Part shown: positions 40,548 through 50,100 of the stretch, one piece after another
Numbering within the stretch: the first letter of the stretch is position 1
Layout of the letters: each line of letters begins with the position of its first letter
Assembly: GCA_002269645.1 (NCBI GenBank)
Contig: NIVC01000094.1
Location: 248,001-312,000, forward strand
Origin: Macrostomum lignano
Taxonomy: Eukaryota
Length of the DNA stretch: 64,000 nucleotides
Direction: 5' to 3'
The notes under the pieces: model-generated
Told to the model about the DNA's origin: nothing
The model's input: only the letters and a program-made list of their open reading frames with translations
Database searches by the model: none
Program-made: the position numbers and the translations under genes

Positions 40548-41383
40548 ATGGTTCACTACCTGGAGAACTGGTCCATGTTTGACGAGTTCCGCAGGCGTCG
40601 AGTGTTCTTTGTCAATATCCCCACGCAGCACACATTCGAGGATTATTACTGCGCCGTGCTCAACGGCTTCTACGCCGACTGCAGCGTGGCCTACATTCGG
40701 CGGGCTCTGGTGCCACTCTGGCACAGAATCTGCCACAATGTTCGGTGAGACTGCTTCTGCTCGACTACCGCAGCACTCCCCGCAAGCCTACCCCACTCAC
40801 TGTACACCCACCCCACCCTCTGCACACCCACCCCACTCACCGCACATCCACCCCACTCCCCGCACACCCACCCCACTCCCCGCACACCCACCCCACTCCC
40901 CGCACACCCACCCCACTCACCGCACATCCACTCTACTCACTGCACACCCACCCCACTCCCCACACAACCAACCCACTCCCCGTACAACCACCCCACTCAC
41001 AGCACACCCACACAAACCCCGAACACCCCGCCGTCAGCTACAACCTGCAGCCGCCCTACAAGCTGGCCTTCGTGATCATCCGGCCGCCCCGCTGGGAGAT
41101 GCCGATGTTGGACCAGTCGGAAGCCGCGGTGTACACCGCCGCCTGGTTCAGCGGTCCGGAGGAGCGGCTCATCCGGGTCTTCCCGCCGAAGACAAAGGAC
41201 GGCAAGGAGCTGCAGGACATTGGGTTGAGCTTCCCGTTCTCGCCGCAGGCGCTCCGCGGCTTCGAAAACCAGCTGTACATCGAGGCGCTACTATTCAACT
41301 TCATCCTCACCTTCATAGCCAATCAGGAGCTGGCGATCCTGTGCGGCAGGGACCAGCAGCTGGCGGCTGAGATTTGCCCGTGA
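40548..41383 (+). CDS. Hypothetical protein, 180 aa. Exons 40548-40744 and 41038-41383
   Basis: A GTGAGA donor and ccgtcag acceptor join in phase 2 (...HNVR|YNLQPP...). GC3-rich codon usage. No family recognised. It may have an upstream exon (possible acceptor at 40539). Confidence 0.7.
40795..41010. repeat. ~20-bp CA-rich minisatellite in the intron of the 180-aa gene
   Basis: cacacccaccccactccccg-type units. Confidence 0.85.
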
Positions 41384-41639
41384 TGAAGCACCTTCTTCTA
41401 GAAGAAAATTGATTCTGAAATTCATTCTGCAAATACTAATTGTCGTTTAATAGAATTCTGTCAATCTATCAATTTTAAACAGGTCGAAAATTTACAAAAA
41501 ATCTTTAGTTTTCAGTTCAATATATTTGGCGAGATGAACTTGGTTTTCAATCAAAACAATCAGTATCGATATTACGAGCGAGAGGGTGCGGAATGTTAAT
41601 ATGAGCATGCAGTGCTCGATGGCAAACGGATAAAACAGG

Positions 41640-41833
41640 TGTAGTCTGGCTTGTTGGTGCGCGTGCACTTAGATGTGCACGTCTGGCTGGTTTGGGGGTT
41701 GGGGTTTAGCGCTGCGGCGTGTGCGTGCTTAGGGTGGTTACACCCACCCCAACTTTGGCAATAAATATATTGGCGTGAGCCAGTGAGGTCTCCTCACGTT
41801 TTGATTCTCTGCAATTCAACCCACGGTCTTACA
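41640..41833 (+). repeat. 5' LTR
   Basis: tgtagtctgg...ggtcttaca, with AATAAA at 41760-41765. Confidence 0.97.
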
Positions 41834-41834
41834 C

Positions 41835-41847
41835 TGGTGGCAGCGGT
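41835..41847 (+). promoter_or_regulatory. Primer-binding site, probably tRNA-Leu
   Basis: tggtggcagcggt begins 2 nt after the LTR end. It is complementary to the 3' end ACCGCUGCCACCA that I recall for eukaryotic tRNA-Leu(AAG/UAG). Confidence 0.8.
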
Positions 41848-41853
41848 CTCAGT

Positions 41854-42648
41854 ATGGCCAAATCAGAGCAAGCCAGTTTATTGCCTCCAAAGTTCAGCGG
41901 CGACTCCAACGTGAGAATGTGGCTAAGCACGTTTGAGGACTTCGCCGACGACTGCGAATGGGACGACAAGAAGAAGGCAAAGAAGCTGAGACTGCTGGTG
42001 ACAGGAGAAGCGCAAATCTTCGTCTGGGAGCAGCCGGCAGACGTGTCAGCCAGCTATGAAAGGCTGAAGGAGAAGCTGATCGAGTGCTTCGGCAACAGTC
42101 TGAGCTGCTACAGAGCAATGGAGGAGTTTGAAGAGCGAAAGCGACAGCCCAACGAGTCGCTGAGGGAGCTCGCTTACAGCCTGAAGCTTCTCCACCTTCG
42201 GGCCCGCCCGGACGACTCCGTGGCGGCTCGGGAAAAGGACGTGAAGTTTCGTCTGATGCGCCTCCTGCCATCTGCCGTGAGAGATGCGCTGTTGAAGGAC
42301 CAGGACGCGGACTCGTGTTCGCTGGCCGCCATCGTCGACAGAGCTGCGCAGCTTGAGCTGGTGAGCCACGCAACTACAGCCTCATCAGCCGCGGTGTCGG
42401 TAGAAGACAGACGGCTGAGCCAGCTGGAGCAGCAGATGCAGCAGCTGACAGCCAGCGTGCGAACGGGACCACCCGGAAGAGACAGGCGTCAGAAGGGACC
42501 CATTAAGTGCTTCAGCTGCGGCGAGCCGGGTCACATTGCTAGGCGGTGCCCAAAGGCGATCGGCAGCCGCTGCAGCCGGTGCTCAGGCAAGGGTCACTCC
42601 GCCGCGGTGTGCCCGACACCAACTGGTCAGCCGCAGGGAAACTTCTGA
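41854..42648 (+). CDS. gag: Gag (264 aa) with two CCHC zinc knuckles
   Basis: PKFSGD capsid-like start. CFSCGEPGHIARRC and CSRCSGKGHSAAVC are both CX2CX4HX4C. Confidence 0.95.
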   Translation: MAKSEQASLLPPKFSGDSNVRMWLSTFEDFADDCEWDDKKKAKKLRLLVTGEAQIFVWEQPADVSASYERLKEKLIECFGNSLSCYRAMEEFEERKRQPNESLRELAYSLKLLHLRARPDDSVAAREKDVKFRLMRLLPSAVRDALLKDQDADSCSLAAIVDRAAQLELVSHATTASSAAVSVEDRRLSQLEQQMQQLTASVRTGPPGRDRRQKGPIKCFSCGEPGHIARRCPKAIGSRCSRCSGKGHSAAVCPTPTGQPQGNF

Positions 42649-42698
42649 GGGTCGGCAGCCTGGGGCCAGCACCGACCCGCTCAAAAGGGGCCCTCAGA
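42636..42698 (+). promoter_or_regulatory. -1 programmed ribosomal frameshift signal
   Basis: G GGA AAC in the gag frame (42636-42642), a 6-nt spacer, then stem gggtcgg/ccgaccc (42649-42655 / 42672-42678). pol is in the -1 frame and has no ATG of its own near its start. Confidence 0.85.
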
Positions 42699-45600
42699 TC
42701 AGCGCCTTCAGTCTTCGTGAAGGTGCACTTTGGCAGCGTGTCAGCGCCTGCTCTGCTCGACACCGGCGCGCAAGTTTCGTTGATGGACAAGTCGCTGTTC
42801 GACAGACTGCAGTGCAAGATCGACTCCACCGACATCGGTGCGCTGCCGACGGCTGTCGACGGATCCCGGCTGCGCTGCCTTGGCCTGTCAGCAGCGGATG
42901 TTTCGATCGGCCAGACCATCCGCGTGCGCCATCGCTTCACAGTCGTGGACGGCATCCAGCCCAGCCTGATCATCGGCATGGACTTCATTGGCGAGGTGTC
43001 GCAGGCGATGACCATTGACATTAAAGAAGGCGTCGTCAGGTTCGACGGCACAGCTGTGCCTTTCAGCAGCGAGCCGGCTCGAGCAGATTGTCGCCTGGTG
43101 CCGAGTGTCCTGGTGGCGCGTGTGGCGGCAACTACGGAGCTGCCCGCCCGCAGCGAGAAGCTGGTGTGGCTCAAGGTGGATTCCAGCGGCGAGCAGGGAG
43201 TCTTTGAGCCGTCTGAGGACTTCGTGAAGTCCACTGCCGTCCTGCCGGGCCGCGTGCTGGCGGTCTCGGACGACTGCCGCATCCCGGTGAAAATGTGCAA
43301 CCTTGCAGAGGAGCCCGTGCTGCTGTACGCCAACAAGGCGGTCGGCACGTTCGAAGGCGCGATGACAGACGGGGACGGTCGCCAGGAGGCGGCCCAGGAG
43401 AACCCCGTCGGTTGGAACATCAACGCGGAGCTGCCCGAACCGGATGCTGCGAGGCTGCGACAGCTGTTGGAGAGCAACGAGGACCTGTTCGCCAGGCACG
43501 AGTACGACCTGGGCACGACGGCGTTGCTGCAGCACCAAATCGAGCTGGAGCCGGGAGCGCGGCCACACCGGCAGGTCCAGCGCCGGCTGCCGCTGTCTGT
43601 GCGAGACCAGGTGGACAAGAAGATCGGTCAGATGCTGGAAAGCGGCATCATCGAACCGTCGACATCGCCATGGGCCAGCAACCTGCTGGTGGTCCGCAAG
43701 AAGAACGGCGACATCAGACTGTGCACGGACTGGCGGCAGCTCAACGCCTGCACGGTCAAGGATGCATACCCGCTGCCGCACCTGCAGCAGGCCATGGATG
43801 CGCTTGTCGGATGCTCCTGGTTCTCCACCATCGACTGCCGGCAGGGCTACCACCAGGTGGAGGTGGCGGAGGAGGACCGGTACAAGACGGCTTTCTATTC
43901 GACGCGCGGCCTGATGCAATTCTGCAAGATGGGCTTCGGGATGTGCAATGCCCCGGCGACGTTCCAGCGGCTCATGGAGCTGGTGATGTCCGGCCTGTCC
44001 TGGGAGTCCGTGCTGACTTATATCGACGACATCATTGTCTTCAGCAGGACGTTCGACGAGCACTTAGAGAGGCTGGCGGAAGTTTTTAAGCGGCTGCGAG
44101 ACGCGGGACTCAAGCTGCACAAGGCCAAGAGCGCGTTCGGCCATCGCCGGGTGTTGTACCTGGGACACCTGATCAGCGAGCAGGGCATCGCACCGGATCC
44201 CGGCAAGGTCGAGGCCATTCGCAGCATGCCCAGCCCAACGACGAACGAGGAGGTGAAGCGGTTTCTTGGAATGCTGGGTTTCTACCGCCGGTTCATCCCA
44301 GGCTTCAGCCAGACGGCGAGGGTCCTGCACGACGTCAGCGTGAAATCGAGGGACTTCGCGTGGAGCAGCGACTGCGAGCGAGCGTTCCGCGAGTTGAAGG
44401 ACCGGCTGACGACAGCTCCGGTGCTGAGACTGCCAGATTTCACCAAGCAGTTTGTGCTCAGCTGCGACAGCAGTCAGTTCGCCGTCGGCGCGGTGCTCAG
44501 CCAGCTGCACGGTGACGCCGAGCTGCCTGTGGCGTTCGCCTCTCGCACCCTCAACAAGGCCGAGCGCAACTACTCGGCGACCGACCGCGAGCTGCTGGCG
44601 CTTGTCTGGAGTTTGAAGCACTTCAGGACGTACCTGCTGAGTGTTCCGAGCTTCAGAGTCTACTCGGACCACCGGCCACTGCAAGGTCTGCTGGCAACGA
44701 AGGACCCCGAAGGTCGGCTGGCGCGATGGCTTTCTACGCTGCAGCAGTTTTCGTTCGAGCTGCTGTACCGGCCTGGCATGGACAACGTCGTGCCGGATGC
44801 GCTGAGCCGGGTGGCCGGCACGCGCCTGCAGCCTCGGTGGGACGACAGCCGCCTGCACGAGGAGCAACTGCAAGATCCGCTGCTGAGCAAGGCGTTCCAG
44901 GCGCTGACCGAAGGGATTGACAGCCTGTCCGATTCATGGGCGGCGCAGGTTCGCGAGCTGCTGGACGAGGCCTCGGTGAGCTCGGCGGGAGTCCTGCTGG
45001 TCGGTGGCCGGCCAGTCATTCCCGGTCACCTGCGGCCACATTTCCTGCAGCAGGCGCACTCGTGTGACCAGAGCGGACACCTCGGCGTCGACAAGACCGG
45101 AGCGAGATTGTCTGAGCGCTGCTGGTGGCCTGGTCTGCGACGGGACGTCGAGAACTGGGTGGCCAGCTGTGCGGTCTGCCTGGCCAAGAAGAGTCCAACC
45201 AAGCCGCAGAAGGCGCCGCTACAGTCGACGTGCCAGCCGACGGCTCCGTGGCAGCTGGTGCAGATCGACATCAAAGGGCCGCTTCCGCGTACGACTGATG
45301 GCAAGGCGTACATCCTGAGCATGTGCGACGCCTTCTCCAAGTGGATGGAGACGGCAGCCCTGGCGGCGATCGACGCGGTTACGGTGGCGGATGCGCTGCT
45401 CAAGTCGGTGGTTCTGCGTCACGGCGCTCCTCAGGTGCTGCACAGTGACCAGGGACGGCAATTCGAGAGCGAGGTGTTCGGCCGGCTCTGCGAGAAGCTG
45501 GGCGTCGAAAAGACGCGCACGTCGCCGTTTCATCCGAGCGGCAACGGAATCGTCGAGCGAGGCAACCGGACGCTCGGCGATATGCTGGCGACGACGGTGG

Positions 45601-46352
45601 CCGAGAACCAGCAGGATTGGGACAGCAAGCTGCCATATGTGACCTGGGCCTACAACACCTCCGTGCACAGCACCATCGGCCTCAGTCCGTACCAGGTCCT
45701 CCACGGCTGGCCACCGAGGCTGGATCTCGACAGCTGGCTGATAAGCGGCGACCGGCCGGCAGCCGACGGTGGACATCACGGCTTCCTGCGGCGGACTCAG
45801 GAGAACCTGCAGAGCGCCTTCGACACGGTGCACGGCCGACTGCGGAGCGCCCAGGCCGAGCGCAACCGGCTGGCCAACCAGGACTCTCGGTTTGTGCCGT
45901 TCGAAGAGGGCCAGCTCGTGATGCTGCGCAACTCCGTCGTCAAGCGCGGCCAGACGCGGTGTTTGAGCGCCAAGTGGAAGGGGCCGTACCGAGTCCTGAG
46001 GCGCCTGGGCGAGGTCAATTACCGCATCCAGGACGAGACCGGCCGCAGGCGCCGGCTGGTGGTGCACCACGACCGCCTCAAGTGCTTCGTGCAGCGGCGG
46101 GCGTCACTGGAGCTTCCGGCCGCAGCAGACCACCAGCCGCCGGCCGCCGACTTCGACAACGACGGCACCGTCGCTGAGCCGCCCGGGCAGGCGGCCGATC
46201 CTGGCGGCGACGCGGTGACCTTCTGGCCCGAGCTGCAGGCAGACGAGGCACCCGAGGAGCAGCCGGCGGCACCGGCCGAGCCGGTCACGGTTCCGCGGCG
46301 GTCGGAGAGAGAGCGGCGGCCACCTGACTTGTACATGGCGGGCTTTGCTTGA
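42642..46352 (+). CDS. pol: Pol polyprotein (protease, RT, RNase H, integrase), expressed as a ~1500-aa Gag-Pol fusion
   Basis: LLDTGAQ, YIDDII, LSCDSS...ELLAL...SDHRPL, H-H-C-C zinc finger, IDIKGP / HSDQG / VERGNRTL and GPY. The open frame is uninterrupted. Confidence 0.97.
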   Translation, partial: LLRVGSLGPAPTRSKGALRSAPSVFVKVHFGSVSAPALLDTGAQVSLMDKSLFDRLQCKIDSTDIGALPTAVDGSRLRCLGLSAADVSIGQTIRVRHRFTVVDGIQPSLIIGMDFIGEVSQAMTIDIKEGVVRFDGTAVPFSSEPARADCRLVPSVLVARVAATTELPARSEKLVWLKVDSSGEQGVFEPSEDFVKSTAVLPGRVLAVSDDCRIPVKMCNLAEEPVLLYANKAVGTFEGAMTDGDGRQEAAQENPVGWNINAELPEPDAARLRQLLESNEDLFARHEYDLGTTALLQHQIELEPGARPHRQVQRRLPLSVRDQVDKKIGQMLESGIIEPSTSPWASNLLVVRKKNGDIRLCTDWRQLNACTVKDAYPLPHLQQAMDALVGCSWFSTIDCRQGYHQVEVAEEDRYKTAFYSTRGLMQFCKMGFGMCNAPATFQRLMELVMSGLSWESVLTYIDDIIVFSRTFDEHLERLAEVFKRLRDAGLKLHKAKSAFGHRRVLYLGHLISEQGIAPDPGKVEAIRSMPSPTTNEEVKRFLGMLGFYRRFIPGFSQTARVLHDVSVKSRDFAWSSDCERAFRELKDRLTTAPVLRLPDFTKQFVLSCDSSQFAVGAVLSQLHGDAELPVAFASRTLNKAERNYSATDRELLALVWSLKHFRTYLLSVPSFRVYSDHRPLQGLLATKDPEGRLARWLSTLQQFSFELLYRPGMDNVVPDALSRVAGTRLQPRWDDSRLHEEQLQDPLLSKAFQALTEGIDSLSDSWAAQVRELLDEASVSSAGVLLVGGRPVIPGHLRPHFLQQAHSCDQSGHLGVDKTGARLSERCWWPGLRRDVENWVASCAVCLAKKSPTKPQKAPLQSTCQPTAPWQLVQIDIKGPLPRTTDGKAYILSMCDAFSKWMETAALAAIDAVTVADALLKSVVLRHGAPQVLHSDQGRQFESEVFGRLCEKLGVEKTRTSPFHPSGNGIVERGNRTLGDMLATTVAENQQDWDSKLPYVTWAYNTSVHSTIGLSPYQVLHGWPPRLDLDSWLISGDRPAADGGHHGFLRRTQENLQSAFDTVHGRLRSAQAERNRLANQDSRFVPFEEGQLVMLRNSVVKRGQTRCLSAKWKGPYRVLRRLGEVNYRIQDETGRRRRLVVHHDRLKCFVQRRASLELPAAADHQPPAADFDNDGTVAEPPGQAADPGGDAVTFWPELQADEAPEEQPAAPAEPVTVPRRSERERRPPDLYMAGFA

Positions 46353-46374
46353 CTCTGGAACTGTCTTTTGCTTC

Positions 46375-46388
46375 TAGGGGGAAAGTAG
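46375..46388 (+). promoter_or_regulatory. Polypurine tract
   Basis: Purine-rich run (...aggggggaaagtag-like) immediately before the 3' LTR. Confidence 0.85.
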
Positions 46389-46582
46389 TGTAGTCTGGCT
46401 TGTTGGTGCGCGTGCACTTAGATGTGCACGTCTGGCTGGTTTGGGGGTTGGGGTTTAGCGCTGCGGCGTGTGCGTGCTTAGGGTGGTTACACCCACCCCA
46501 ACTTTGGCAATAAATATATTGGCGTGAGCCAGTGAGGTCTCCTCACGTTTTGATTCTCTGCAATTCAACCCACGGTCTTACA
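46389..46582 (+). repeat. 3' LTR
   Basis: Identical by eye to 41640-41833. Confidence 0.97.
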
Positions 46583-46614
46583 CAGGGAAAACGTTTACAA
46601 AAATTTTACATTTG

Positions 46615-47100
46615 AGTGAGACGGAAGCTACAGGAGAGTGAGATGGATAGAGAAGGGTGAGATGGATAGAGAAGGGTGAGACGGATAGAGAAGGGTGAGA
46701 TGGATAGAGAAGGGTGAGATGGATAGAGAAGGGTGAGATGGATAGAGAAGGGTGAGATGGATAGAGAAGGGTCAGACGGATAGAGAAGGGTGAGACGGAT
46801 AGAGAAGGGTGAGACGGATAGAGAAGGGTGAGACGGATAGAGAAGGGTGAGATTGATAGAGGAGGGTGAGATGGATAGAAGGGTGAGACGGATAGAGAAG
46901 GGTGAGATTGATAGAGGAGGGTGAGATGGATAGAGAAGGGTGAGACGGATAGAGAAGGGTGAGATTGATAGAGAAGGGTGAGATGGATAGAGAAGGGTGA
47001 GACGGATAGAGAAGGGTGAGATTGATAGAGGAGGGTGAGATAGATTAGGATGAGATGGAAGCTACAGAAGGATGAGATGAAAACTAGAGGGGGTTAGATG
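46615..47100. repeat. 19-bp purine-rich minisatellite (gagaagggtgagatggata)
   Basis: Tandem units between the LTR and the stop codon of the IRAG/LRMP-like gene. Confidence 0.92.
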
Positions 47101-47164
47101 GAAGCTGTATAAGGGTGAAGCAAAAGCAGATAAAAGCACGCTAGGCTGGGCAGTTCCTTTGCCC

Positions 47165-50100
47165 TCATCGACCCAGCAACTGCTTGACAACGGGGTAGGC
47201 GATGGCCCAGATGAGTAGTGCCGTTACTGCCAGCAGAGTGCAGGGCGCCAGGAACAGCCGCAGGCGCTTGTCGCCCAGCCAATCAGAAGTGAGCCGGTCA
47301 AGGTCGGCCTCCTCGGCCTCCGTCAGGTGCTGCCTGTCCATCAGCCGCTCGAGCTGGTCGGAGAAGGCCGCCTGCTCAGTTTTGAGCTGCGACAACTGCT
47401 GGCTGGTTGACATGCGGACTCCGCGCTCGAAGCCGGACTGGTAAATCTCCTCCTCGATCTTCCACTTCTTGCTGTCTTTGGAGCCATCTCTTCTGTGGGT
47501 GTGGCATCCCGACATCTGCTGTACCTCCTGACATCTGCTGTACCTCCTGACATCTGCTGTACCTCCTGACATCTGCTGTACCTCCTGACATCTGCTGTAC
47601 CTCCTGACATCTGCTGTACCTCCTGACATCTGCTGTACCTCCTGACATCTGCTGTACCTCCTGACATCTGCTGTACCTCCTGACATCTGCTGTACCTCTT
47701 GACATCTGCTGTACCTCCCGACATCTGCTGTACCTCCTGACATCTGCTGTACCTCCCGACATCTGCTGTACCTCCTGACATCTGCTGTACCACCTGACAT
47801 CTGCTGTACCTCCTGACATCTGCTGTACCTCCTGACATCTGCTGTACCTCCTGACATCTGCTGTACCTCCCGACATCTGCTGTACCTCCTGACATCTGCT
47901 GTACCTCCCGACATCTGCTGTACCTCCTGACATCTGCTGTACCTCCCGACATCTGCTGTACCTCCTGACATCTGCTGTACCTCCTGACATCTGCTGTACC
48001 TCCTGACATCTGCTGTACCTCCCGACATCTGCTGTACCTCCTGACATCTGCTGTACCTCCCGACATCTGCTGTACCTCCTGACATCTGCTGTACCTCCCG
48101 ACATCTGCTGTACCTCCTGACATCTGCTGTACCTCCTGACATCTGCTGTACGTCCTGACATCTGCTGTACCTCCCGACATCTGCTGTACCTCCCGACATC
48201 TGCTGTACCTCCTGACATCTGCTGTACCTCCTGACATCTGCTGTGCCTCCTGACATCTGCTGTACCTCCTGACATCTGCTGTACCTCCTGACATCTGCTG
48301 TACCTCCCGACATCTGCTGTACCTCCCGACATCTGCTGTACCTCCTGACATCTGCTGTACCTCCCGACATCTGCTGTACCTCCTGACATCTGCTGTACCA
48401 CCTGACATCTGCTGTACCTCCTGACATCTGCTGTACCTCCTGACATCTGCTGTACCTCCTGACATCTGCTGTACCTCCTGACATCTGCTGTACCTCCTGA
48501 CATCTGCTGTACCTCCTGACATCTGCTGTACCTCCCGACATCTGCTGTACCTCCTGACATCTGCTGTACCACCTGACATCTGCTGTACCTCCTGACATCT
48601 GCTGTACCTCCTGACATCTGCTGTACCTCCTGACATCTGCTGTACCTCCTGACATCTGCTGTACCTCCTGACATCTGCTGTACCTCCTGACATCTGCTGT
48701 ACCTCCTGACATCTGCTGTACCTCCTGACATCTGCTGTACCGATCCGGACATCTATCTACTGATATCTAATCCTCTGAAATCTACTTCATTAATCATAAA
48801 TATTCTGAGTCCGAAATCTTCCCTTCCTACTCACCCGTCTGGATCCTCCGCGCTCTTTAGATCACGTGACATCCTCCTACGCAGCGACGTGATGGACGAA
48901 GTTCTGGCCACCGTTCGGCCGAGATCCTGGAACTTGCTGCGCTGGCTCTCCTGCTACGGGAGGGGAGATGGAGTGGCAGAGTGTGAGACTCTGAGAGGAG
49001 AGGGTGAGACTGGATTATGATAGTAAGCTTGGAATAGGTGAGGGTGAGACAGGATTGGGAGAGGATGAAACTGGACTGGGAGAGGGTGAGACTGGACTGG
49101 GAGAGGGTGAGACTGGACGGGGAGAGGGTGAGACCAAAGTGGAAGAGGGTGAGACTGGATTATGATAGGATAAGATTGGACTAGGTGAGGGTGAGACTGG
49201 AGTGGGAGAGTGTGAGACTGAACTTGGAGAGGGTGAGACTGGATTATGATAGGATAAGATTGGACTAGGTGAGGGTGAGACTGGAGTGGGAGAGTGTGAG
49301 ACTGGACTTGGAGAGGGTGAGACTGGATTATGATAGTAAGCTTGGAATAGGTGAGGGTGAGACAGGATTGGGAGAGGATGAAACTGGACTGGGAGAGGGT
49401 GAGACTGGACTGGGAGAGGGTGAGACTGGACGGGGAGAGGGTGAGACCAAAGTGGAAGAGGGTGAGACTGGATTATGATAGGATAAGATTGGACTAGGTG
49501 AGGGTGAGACTGGAGTGGGAGAGTGTGAGACTGAACTTGGAGAGGGTGAGACTGGATTATGATAGGATAAGATTGGACTAGGTGAGGGTGAGACTGGAGT
49601 GGGAGAGTGTGAGACTGGACTTGGAGAGGGTGAGACTGGATTATGATAGGATAAGATTGGACTAGGTGAGGGTGAGACTGGACTGGGAGAGAGTGAGACT
49701 GGACTTGGAGAGGGTGAGCATTGATAAGCCGACAGCACCTTCTGACTGGCCGCTCCAATGACGGACTTGGACCGCTTGCTCATCAGGTCTTCATCCGGCA
49801 TGTAGAATTTTCCTTCATCCATCGCTTGCCTATATTTGGTAGATAGCGATCAGATAAATATAACAGAATTATAATTCAATGATCTGCATCAAGGAGTTTT
49901 CACTGGCCTCATCTGCTCCAGCTCCACCGTCAACTTCTCCTTGTCCTCCTTGAGCAGCTCCATGTGCTTCAGCATCAGGTGAAACGCGTAGTTCAAGCGG
50001 CTCTCCTGTCGGGGGTGTCAGGAAACCGCTGGTTTTTCGAGCGAACCCAGCCTTGAAATTTTTCAAAGAAACAACGATGTCTCCCATTCGTCAAGTTCAC

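Larger units (their letters stand above)
41640..46582 (+). mobile_element. Full-length Ty3/Gypsy LTR retrotransposon (4943 bp)
   Basis: TG...CA LTRs at 41640-41833 and 46389-46582 (194 bp, identical by eye). 4-bp TSD CAGG (41636-41639, 46583-46586). PBS and PPT present. Intact gag and PR-RT-RH-IN pol. Confidence 0.98.

Noticed and set aside
41690-41710. Telomere-like ttgggggttggggtttag in the LTR
   Set aside because: It is only two or three degenerate units inside a normal LTR and not a telomeric array.
42536-46417. Numerous long overlapping and antisense ORFs across pol (e.g. 42888-44063, 44064-44873, 45219-46070)
   Set aside because: These are the expected shadows of a GC3-rich coding frame and have no motifs of their own.
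47165-48752. 450-515-aa [19 protein letters not shown] ORFs
   Set aside because: They come from a 19-bp intronic minisatellite. Only 47165-47492 is a real exon.
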